This document shows, piece after piece, positions 1-10,100 of a stretch of DNA of 64,000 bases. The notes under the pieces are model-generated. The model saw only the letters and a program-made list of their open reading frames with translations. It had not been told where the DNA came from and searched no databases. Positions within the stretch are counted from its first letter, which is position 1, and each line of letters starts with the position of its first letter. Origin of the DNA: Eukaryota sp. TZLM1-RC. Lineage: Eukaryota > Protista > Metamonada: BaSk clade. The stretch is taken from positions 1-64,000 of the forward strand of contig JAUPSS010000016.1 of assembly GCA_040285825.1 (NCBI GenBank). The letters are read 5' to 3'. A program made the translations under genes and the position numbers.

Positions 1-300
1 TATATTTACGATGATTCATTTTGCTAATTTAATGCTTTATTAATCACTCAATTAATTCAAATATATACAAAATCATTTGAAAATGTAATCATGAGTTTGT
101 ACTGATCAAGTAACACATAGCCAACATTACTCACACACAATTTCACACAAAGTTTGATCACAAGTTGATCACATCTAGTACATAAGGACTACATACAACT
201 CACCTAATCATACCAATGACCATTCAACCAATCATACCAATGACTACTCAAATGATCATAGCACGAACTTTAACACCACAATTGTTATATTAATTGTCCC

Positions 301-2130
301 AAAGTGAAACTGTAAAATTTTTTTGGAATTTATTTTATTGTTTCTGTCAAATAACAAAAGTAAAATTATTTTCTTCATCAATGTAAGAGTTCACGCAACA
401 ATGTTTTTCTACACCAAAAATGTGATCAAGAACACATGCTGTATCTATAAACTTGAAAACTTCTTGTAAAATGCGCCATTGATTTCGATTTTTTCAAAGG
501 CAAGATAACCATGAATTAATTGTCGCAAATGTTGTAAAAAGATTAACAACAAAGGAATTCAAATCAAATGAATGACATGAACATTGGTTTTATTGATGTA
601 TAAAGGTCTCACATTTTGAAAAAGATACTGACCTAATCAAAAGAATGATAATCGTGCAGAAAATAGCGTTACCGTTGCCATATACAAACGATCACCTTTT
701 GATTCAAGTCAAACAAACGATATCTGTTTCTAGAATACATTCAAAATGAAAGAGAAATTGTAAAAAAATTTTGGAATTTATTTTGTTGTTGCTATCAAAT
801 AACAAAAGTAAAATAATTTTTCTTTATCAATGTAAAACTTCATGCAACAATGTTTTTCTACACCAAAAATGTGATCAAGAACACATGCTGTATTTATAAA
901 CTTGAAAACTTCTCTTGTAAAATGCGCCATTCGTTTCCATTTTTTCAAAGGCAAGATAACCATGTATAAATTATCGCAAATGTTGTAAAAAGATTATCAA
1001 CAAAGGAATTCAAATCAAATGAATGACATGAACATTGGTTTTATTGATGTATAAAGGTCTCACATTTTGAAAAAGATACTGACCTAATCAAAAGTATGAT
1101 AATCGTGCAGAAAATAGCGTTACCGTTGCCATATACAAACGATCACCTTTTGATTCAAGTCAAACAAACGATATCTGTTTCTAGAATGCATTCAAAATGA
1201 AAGTGAAATTGTAAATTTATTTGGAATTTATTTTGTTGTTGCTATCAAATAACAAAAGTAAAATTTTTTTTCTTTATCAATGTAAAAGTTCATGCAACAA
1301 TGTTTTTCTACACCAAAAATGTGATCAAGAACACATGCTGTATTTATAAACTTGAAAACTTCTCTTGTAAAATGGGCCATTCGTTTCCATTTTTTCAAAG
1401 GCAAGATAATCATGTATAAATTATCGCAAATGTTGTAAAAAGATTATCAACAAAGGAATTCAAATCAAATGAATGACATGAACATTGGTTTTATTGATGT
1501 ATAAAGGTCTCACATTTTGAAAAAGATACTGACCTAATCAAAAGAATGATAATCGTGCAGAAAATAGCGTTACCGTTGCCATATACAAACGATCACCTTT
1601 TGATTCAAGTCAAACAAACGATATCTGTTTCTAGAATGCATTCAAAATGAAAGTGAAATTGTAAATTTATTTGGAATTTATTTTGTTGTTGCTATCAAAT
1701 AACAAAAGTAAAATTTTTTTTCTTTATCAATGTAAAAGTTCATGCAACAATGTTTTTCTACACCAAAAATGTGATCAAGAACACATGCTGTATTTATAAA
1801 CTTGAAAACTTCTCTTGTAAAATGGGCCATTCGTTTCCATTTTTTCAAAGGCAAGATAATCATGTATAAATTATCGCAAATGTTGTAAAAAGATTATCAA
1901 CAAAGGAATTCAAATCAAATGAATGACATGAACATTGGTTTTAATGATGTATAAAGCTCATAAATTTTGAAAAGATACTGACCTAATCAAAAGAATGATA
2001 ATCGTGCAGAAAATAGCGTTACCGTTGCCATATACAAACGATCACCTTTTGATTCAAATCAAACAAACGATATCTGTTTCTAGAATACATTCAAAATGAA
2101 ATTGAAACTGTAAATTTTTTTTTGGAATTT
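301..2130. repeat. Tandem array of ~450-bp units, about 4 copies
   Basis: Unit starts recur at ~301, 749, 1200, 1650 and 2099. Near-identical minus-strand 61-aa ORFs occur at 778, 1228 and 1678. The array ends at the shared TTGGAATTT that begins the RNase H ORF. Confidence 0.95.
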
Positions 2131-2574
2131 GCTGGAAAGAAAGTTAATGACAATTCCTTGAATCGAACTGTTGCTGGATGTTCTTGTCAACTTTATTGTG
2201 ATGGGAAACTTATTGGTAATCATTATGGTCCGTCCAATAATAATTCGGCTGAACTATCAGCTGTTATTTTGGCACTTGCTGCATTGTTGAATATGGATGT
2301 TGAATTTAGTTCAGTTGATTTATATATTGATAGCCAAAATGTTTTAAAATGGTTAAATAATGATTTTAAAGCAACAATAATCATTATTAAGGAAAAAGGG
2401 GCATTGATCAAATTACTGTTATCAAATATCAATTCGGTTATTAAGTTCCATTGGGTGAAATCACACAATAATTTAAAAGAAAACGATTTAGCGGATAGAT
2501 GGGCTGAAAAAGGTATCAACAAAGCTAGTGATAAGTTTTATTCACTTTTAGAAAGCGTTGAAAAGAGGAGCTAA
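2122..2574 (+). pseudogene. RNase H1-like domain, N-terminally truncated, probably retroelement-derived
   Basis: Motifs NNNSAELSAV, YIDSQ and HWVKSH..ENDLADRWA match RNase HI. The first catalytic Asp is absent and there is no ATG start. Confidence 0.8.
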
Positions 2575-2595
2575 GTTTGCTATGCCGGGGACCAC

Positions 2596-3423
2596 GTGTC
2601 AATGCTGCAGAAAATGAACAAAATTGATCAGGAGTTCCACATGTTTCCCCAGTTGATTGATTATCTCGATGATTTGGTTGACAATTATGGCGAAAAATAT
2701 CTGGTTTGTCATACAACTTATGATTTCAACCTTGGACAGAGGGCTTCATCTCGAGTTGAATCAATTCACAGTGTTCTAAAAAGATATCTTAAAGTATCCA
2801 CTGGTGATTTGGCAGATATTGCGGAGAAGACGGTTGTTGTGTGGTCGAATATAGTGGCTGAACACAAACTTCAAGAGAGTAGAGAGGCTGATATTAACTT
2901 GATCTATCCAGAATACGTAAATTCTTTCATTCAACCTATCTTGAAAAAACTTCCCAATTTCATCTGCATCCTGGTTGCGGACGAAGTGATAAGATCACAA
3001 TCACAATGCGACTCTCTTCCCAATGATCGGCTTTCATCCAACTTTGGTCTTCCGTCATCATCTCAGCTTCTTCAACTGTAAGAAAGCGGAAACCAACTCT
3101 CAGTCGATTTATTCCATCTTCACTGGCATTTGGAGCATTCCCATGTTCCTATTCAAGTTCCCTCACAGCCACAAGTTCCTGTTCCAACTGATACCACGCC
3201 GTTGGAGCTTCTTTCTTCCGCTTCGCTATCCGAAGAACAGCGTCAATTTGTGACGTCTTCTTTAAACCAATTGGTGACATCCGTACAGAACAAACCTTTT
3301 GCTCCTTCTGTAAAAAAGACAAGGGGACGACCTTTAGGTTCTAGAGGTACCCGTAGAAATCCTTCTGCATTTGAAGTGCCTCCTGTGAAACGTCCACGAG
3401 GTAGACCACGTAAAAACTGCTAA
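2596..3423 (+). mobile_element. MULE/FAR1-like transposase C-terminal remnant
   Basis: NLGQRASSRVESIHSVLKRYLKVSTGDL and TRGRPLGSRGTRRNPSAFE motifs, plus an AT-hook (RPRGRPRK). Interrupted by a stop at 3081. Confidence 0.7.
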
Positions 3424-3511
3424 GTTATAACTGTTCCATTGCTTGTTTTAGAGAGTGTTTGTTTCCGCCAATAAAGTTGTATTGATTACAGGTTTTCTAT
3501 AAAAAATGCCT

Positions 3512-3560
3512 TTTATGGTAAATCAGTTAATTTATGGTACATCAGTTAATTTATGGTACA
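3512..3560. repeat. 19-bp tandem repeat (TTTATGGTA[A/C]ATCAGTTAA, ~2.5 copies), probably MULE subterminal repeats
   Basis: Direct repeats seen at 3512, 3531 and 3550, just downstream of the MULE ORF. Confidence 0.7.
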
Positions 3561-3619
3561 TTTACCAAAAAAATTATAATTTATGGTGCAATCAATGGTA
3601 CAGTTAGTCAGGGTCATAA

Positions 3620-4241
3620 TTATTTCTGATGATTGTTTTAATACTTTGTTAAAATTGAGACTTTTAGTTGCACATGAATTTTCATTGTGTCCAGGTTGTG
3701 GTTATACTAACTTGGGTATGGACCACTCTTTTCAATGCCGGAAAGTCTCTAAGATGATTACTACGAGACATAATGAAGTTAAAGATTTTCTAGCTTCACT
3801 GATGAATTATTCGGTTGAAAAATGCTTTAAAGTTGGATTAAAAGAATTTATTGTGGATCTTTTCGATGAAGATAATCGTATTGCTTTTGATATAACAGTA
3901 GTTGGTGGCTATGGTAATAGCTGGAATGATGCATATTCCATTGCATTTGTCGGGAAAATTAGGAAGTATGATGTGTTAATCAAGAAAAATTTAATTAATT
4001 CAATTATCCCACTTGTATTTAATGTACATGGTGGTTTTTATTCGAAGACAATTCCATCATTTAATCAATTTGGTTGGTCAGATTTGTGTCCAGAAGTAGC
4101 TACTATGATTGCTAAGGGTAGTTTTAGATGTCATTCTGCATTTAATTTTATTCTTAGTAAAATTAGTGAGGCTCGTAGGTTTTGGTAGTTGTACTTGTTT
4201 GTTTTTCTAGTTTTTTAATTTTTAACTATTATTTCTATAAA
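3620..4241 (+). mobile_element. 5'-truncated non-LTR retrotransposon (CCHC + RLE, CRE-like), copy A
   Basis: CPGC..DHSFQC..RHNEV, DLF..AFDITVV, KIRKY, PLVFNVHGG; T-rich 3' UTR ending ATAAA. Confidence 0.8.
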
Positions 4242-4251
4242 AGCCGCTTGG

Positions 4252-4904
4252 GATGAAAATATTGTAATTTCTCAATCTGTCGTAACCAAAGCTTTTTACA
4301 AATCTGAAGTCAATTCTATTCAGTTTAACATGAATGAAATGGAAAAGCTACAACTAGAAGCCAACTGTTCTGAATTTTCAGGTAGTTTTTTGAATGTTTT
4401 TCCTTCTAATTCAAATTTTACTTTTTCAAATTTGATTGTGTGCTACATTTTTTAAGTTTAAGATTGCCTTCAGTTAAAGTTCACCATCAGTGCCCTTTAA
4501 AAAAAATTCTATCTTGATTTATTTGATCCCAAATCAAAGATTGCTCTCGATATTACCATAGTGGGAGGTTTTGGAAATCAGTGGCAAGATGCTTACTCCC
4601 AAGCATTTGCTACAAAACTGAGGAAGTACAGTATTCTCAAAGAATACAATTTAATTTCAGAAATAGTTCCTTTGGTTTTCAATGTCCATGGGGGATGGTA
4701 CAAAAAAACCAAATAAACTTTTAAACGTTTTGGTTGGATTGAGCTTTGTAGTGAATTGAGCTGCATCATCCAAAAGAACTGTTTTAGATGCAATCAAGCA
4801 TTTAATTCTATTCTTAAGAGAAATGGAGATGCTCGTAGGTTTTGGTAGGTTTTGTTTTAGTGTTTTCAGTTATGTTTCCTTTATTTCTATTGAATTTCAA
4901 TAAA
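4252..4904 (+). mobile_element. Decayed copy B of the same RLE family
   Basis: DLFDPKSKIALDITIVGGFGNQWQDAYSQAFATKLRKY..PLVFNVHGG..ARRFW* parallels copy A. Ends AATAAA directly before rRNA sequence. Confidence 0.8.
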
Positions 4905-5128
4905 AGCCGCTTCGGTGAGTCTTTCGCCCCTATACCCAAATTTGACGAGTGATTTGCACGTCAACATCGCTACGGACTTCCACCAGAGTTTCCCCTGGCT
5001 TCATCCTATTCAGGCATAGTTCAGCGGCTTTCGGGTCGTATCTATTCTGCTCATACTCAGATCCCTTTGCAAGGACTGGTTGAGGGTGCAGTCGAAACTT
5101 CCCCTCATAAAATTACTTTCATTTCGTG
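4905..5128 (-). rRNA. Fragment of LSU (25S/28S) rRNA gene, domain II
   Basis: The plus strand reads GTCTTTCGCCCCTATACCCAAATTTGACGA..GATTTGCACGTCA..CCACCAGAGTTTCC.CTGGCTTCA.CCTATTCAGGCATAGTTCA, the reverse complement of the conserved eukaryotic LSU core. Confidence 0.93.
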
Positions 5129-5129
5129 A

Positions 5130-7120
5130 TTCTTGGAGGCAGAAAGGTAGATATCACGACATCTTTTCAAAACATCATTGTTGAACGTATGGAGATACAC
5201 CGACATCAAGCACACTCGTCGACTCAATTGAAGATCACTTAAAAATGAGATTATGGAATAATTCTTAGATTACAAGTATCAATTAGTAGAGTATCAATCC
5301 ACACCATTAATGGACCTAGTTGCTAGAATAGAAAACTTAAAAAACAAAAATAATAAATAAAATAATAGAAAAACAAAGAATTCAAAAACAAAGAATTCAA
5401 AAACAAAGAATTCAAAAAAGGGCGACTTTACAAATCACTTGGCTTTGATTTAGAAACCTACATAGATCCAAAAGCATGTAGACTATACAGATACACGTAA
5501 TCAAATCTTTCTTGACAGTAATCAACTTCAAACAGTCAAAAACTAAATGATTGGTGATTACTCCGTCGTTTTTGTATTTATGATAAACCCTAAATAAAGA
5601 GAATTACTCCCAATATTTGGTAGAGACCCGATAAAACTTCTGCAAATATGTGAAATTAACATAAACTAAAGCAATTAAATTTTGGGAAAAATCGAAAATT
5701 CTGAAAACCATAGATAAACTTATTTACCAAAGACCTCATTCAGATTAAAATAAATATACAAAACAAAGACGACAGAAATACTATCTGAATAGGCAAATCT
5801 TAGGCAACAAAACTATTTTAAAACAAAAAGTTGAACATCTAGAATGGTAATGATCATTTTTCCAAATTAAAGTAGATATTTGTGGTAGTCTTAACAATAA
5901 TACTTTCACTTTCTACTTTCATTATATGTAATCATGACCAATTACAAAATAATTAACAAATCTCAGTTAAATAATACTAAAAAATAAAATAAAATAAAAT
6001 TCAGTACTGGAAAAGCACTTGGGACTAAATGATTTCATAGTGGTACTCAAGTGATACTTATAAACAATATGATTCGAATTAACAGTAAATCAAAATGCGA
6101 GTCAAAATACCAATAAAGCAAGTGAATATAGAAAGTGAGTGCGAGAGGAGTGCGAAAGGAGTGCGAGAGGTGGGAAGCTATTAGAAAAACAAGTCAAAGT
6201 GTTAGGAATGCGACTCAGGTGGTGAAACATTGAATCGATCAACTAGAAGGAAATCTAGGTGGAAACAAGTGAGATTAGTAGTCAGTGCAGAGAAGTGAGA
6301 GAGCAAGGTCATCAAGAGAGAAGGAAAGAAAAACAATGTATCGAGTAATGTGAAGCATGTAACGTAGAGTAAAGGATTGTATGAATGATGAAGGGTGGTT
6401 TGAGCACTGTAGCAGTCAAAGTTAAAACAGTACATGATGATATATGTCTACATTGATGTTGCCAACAGTGAAACCAGTAGTTTTTGAATTCCTAAGTTAA
6501 CTCTTTGATCATCAATGATGATTTAACAGAACGAAACGTAGAGATTCAGTATCTGATGGTCATGTCGAAACTGCTGGAGATGACAGAAGACAGTAGTGGT
6601 TGAAAACCAAACGTGCCAGTGTCAAATGATAAGTAGTTTTAAGAAAAATGTGCCATCAGGTCTTGAAGAGGTGTTTGCTAAAGCCAAGGAAGAAAAAGAG
6701 AACCATGGGTAAAGAGAATGGATATATGGAGAACTTATTTGAGAACACATCCGATTTCAATCAAGGGTTTTCACTGTTAGATTCGTGACAATAACAGCAG
6801 ACACAATCTGACAATAACAATCTGATCTGACAAAGTGTCCTTCTTGCTTTGAAAAAGTGTTTGAAACAACTATCAAAACAAGAAATCCAATTCCTAGAAG
6901 TGCTGAAAAAACAGCGTTCAAATCTCATCATGGGATTTTGGAATGTAGAAGTTCTCAGTGTATTAATGATGCAAAAGCACGATGTAAAAAGTCAGAAAGT
7001 AGAGAAGCAGTCAAGGCAAAGTATTGGAATAGGAACAAGATGGCTTGTTTGAATATGTTGAATGTATTTGATCACTGGTTATCCGGTGAAGAAGGTAGGC
7101 CTGTATATCTTAGAACTTAG
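5130..7120 (+). pseudogene. Decayed Fanzor (eukaryotic TnpB-like) gene, copy 1
   Basis: The C-terminus is clear: KCPSC..RNPIP..HHGILECRSSQC..WNRNKMACLNM..GRPVYLRT*. Upstream similarity is faint (e.g. DSIEDHLKMR), so the 5' boundary is uncertain. Confidence 0.65.
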
Positions 7121-7198
7121 TTTATTTTTACTGACTAGTAAAATCTAGTCATAGTTGGCATGTGCCACTTCTCTAATTCTGACATCCCAATAAGGGCA

Positions 7199-10100
7199 AT
7201 GATGATCCATCTAACACTGCTACTATCCTTTTGCTTGACCACTTACTCTACGGTTTTAACTTGGAGTCCCTCTTCACATATAGATGAGAGTTCGTTTCAC
7301 CATACCGATAATTGGAAAGCTGATGATGGTGTATCTATCGTAAACGTTGACAATCCTTTATACAGCTTTGTTATCAACACTGCACATGCATCCGTTGAGA
7401 TTAATCAAGCTCTCATTCACTCCTTGAAATCTGTCCATATTAGAAGAGGATCCTTAACTATAAGTGCCTCAACATCAATAGAATCATTTGTCTGGGAGAC
7501 GGGTACTGTGGTAATCAATACACCAATGTTTCACATCCACTCAAGTCTTACTTTAAGTAATGCAGGAATCAAGACACTCAAAGGTAATCTACTCTTGTTT
7601 GGTTCACTTTCAGTAACACATAATTGCCGACTTGAACTTGAGGATTCCAACTTTATTGTACGTCACCATCATGGTTATGATAATATAATGGAAATAAATG
7701 AAGATATAGAGTTTGTGATTGAGAATATGTCTGAAATTTCAAAGCTTGAGATATTTGTACCATTATTACTAAAGTTCAATAGCAAACTGGTATTGGAAGT
7801 TGATTCACAATTTGTAAAAGATGTAACCTTGGAATCTGGTGCTGAAATCTATTTAAAATCATCATCTGAAATTAATGGAAAATTAACTTTGGAGGGTATT
7901 GAATCAAAGGTAATAATTGAAGGGGATTTTCTATTTATAAGACCTTTCGAATACTATTCTGCTATTGATAATGATATAATTGTTGCTTTTAATTTTCAAA
8001 ATCCTCCAGAAAATAATTTCTTTTCTGATGAATTTGGTAACTATTATGGTGAATTGACAGATTTTGGTGCTCAGTATGATGGTAACTCTTTAATACTTGA
8101 ATCTGCGCCTGGTGATTTTGTCACTAATTACAGACCCATTCCCAAGTATCAATGGTCAATTTATCTTGAATTTCAAGTTGAAGAAAGTCTTTTTGATGGT
8201 GAGGAAAGATTATTTGGCTATGAAAATGGACATTGTACTATTGAATTTGGAATTTCTAGAGCGAGTTATGGTGAATCTTTCGCTGATTCCATCACTTCTT
8301 CTTTATATGGAACTAAGACTACTTATCCATACTCTGCAACACATGCTCCTTTTATTACTGGTTGGATAACTGTTGTCTGGGCAATTTCCACTGATCAAAC
8401 AAATACTTATTGGAATTTTGGTACCATTTTTTATCATAAAACTGAACCATTAGTCAATCATCCATCTTGTAAACGTTTTCGACCCCTTTCTCTTGGTTAT
8501 TATGTTTCTGAATTTGGTGCCAATAAGTTTATTGGAAAAATCAGAGAGTTTCGAGTTTATTCCAGATATTTACACAATAATGCCGTTCAGCCTCGTAAGT
8601 CTACCATAACTAAGCCGGAAATATCTAGTCAAGGGTCTATTATTGTCAATACGGGAAGTACTTTTGTTATTAGTGAGGTTGAGGTCACTTATGATGGAGA
8701 CGACTTGGAAGAAGTCATTGATCACTACACTTGTGAAGAAGGGGGCAGAATTATCCTAACTGGGAACATTGTAGTAGATGTACCTACTGCTAAATCAATT
8801 GATTTAACTTGTAAAATCACCCTTCAAGGTAGTTTAACTATAGTTAGTGGTACAGTGTCCTTTGTTTATGAGTCTCAATTCGATGGTACTTTGATTGTTC
8901 AAAAGGGAGGTGCAATTGAATTTGAACCTGGAACTTATATCTTTGGATCAGATTCAGTCTTAAATCAACATCCATCATCATTAATTACCGATAGTGCTGT
9001 AACTCTCTTTATTGGAGGCACCTTAAATATTTCACCATCTATTACTTATAGTGGCAGCATTTATGTCCTCAATTCTAATTCAAAAGTTAAGACTGAAAAG
9101 TTTATTATTGATACTGAATTGGAAGTGACCCTTACAAATATTGAGTTTCTTAGGCAAAGTGATTTAAAGGTTCAGTCTGGAATAGTAGTTTTTCATTATG
9201 ATGACGAATCTACTGATATCAACCTCAGTAAAGTCAGTCTTATTGAAGGCTCTTTAACGTTTGAAAATGGGAATCTTCTTGCTGAAGAAGGATTGATTAA
9301 TGCTGTAGAATCGGCGACAATGAAGTTTTTCAATACTGAACTGCGTTTCGAAACATTTACTTCTGATAATGGAATTGTTGAGTTTGACTACAGTGATGAT
9401 TTAACTACCTCGACAGTATTCATCCTTACAAGTACCGAAATTGAGTTCAAACAGTTCAATTCTAAGTATACATTCACAACGATTGACTTTATTAAGTCGA
9501 CAAGGAAAGGTAATGGTGATCTCTCTGTTGAAAACTTAAAAATTTCCGACACAGATTTTCAAGATGATTCTCGCACATCATGTACGGTTTCTTGTAAAAT
9601 TTTCAATGGTGATGCTGGGAAAATCAAAGTTAAGGATGGTCATGTGCTTGATTTTGATGGTGATGGAAGTATTGGAGATGTTATAGAGCAATTGCTCGAA
9701 ATTGATGTTAAATCTGGTTCTTTTATTTTAAACAAAGATACTTCTTTTACAACTGATTCAAATGTGCGAATTGTTGAATCTTCTGATCATAATTTTCAAA
9801 TATTGGGTACTTTTGACATTAACCAAAAAGGTACTTTGCACATTGATAACGCATTCACTCTTGAAGGAGCTGTCAATGTTAATAGTCAAGGTTCATTACA
9901 ATTAGATTCAAGTACTGATGTTGAGGGTAAGTTGAATATATTTGAAAATGGTCATGCTGAATTTAAAGGTGACATATTTACCTTTAAAAAGGATTCAACC
10001 CTTTCAGTTCACCCAGGGACCTTAACTTTAGAAGATCCTATATCATTAGTTATTGAAGGTACTTATGAAGGTGATTATATTGAACATTCAGATGGCCAAT

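Noticed and set aside
301-2130. CRISPR-like array or three real 61-aa genes
   Set aside because: Whole units are near-identical with no unique spacers; the small ORFs are by-products of the repeat.
5365-6170. Short tandem repeats AAAACAAAGAATTCA x3 and GAGTGCGA[G/A]AG x3
   Set aside because: Simple slippage repeats within decayed sequence; no sign of function.
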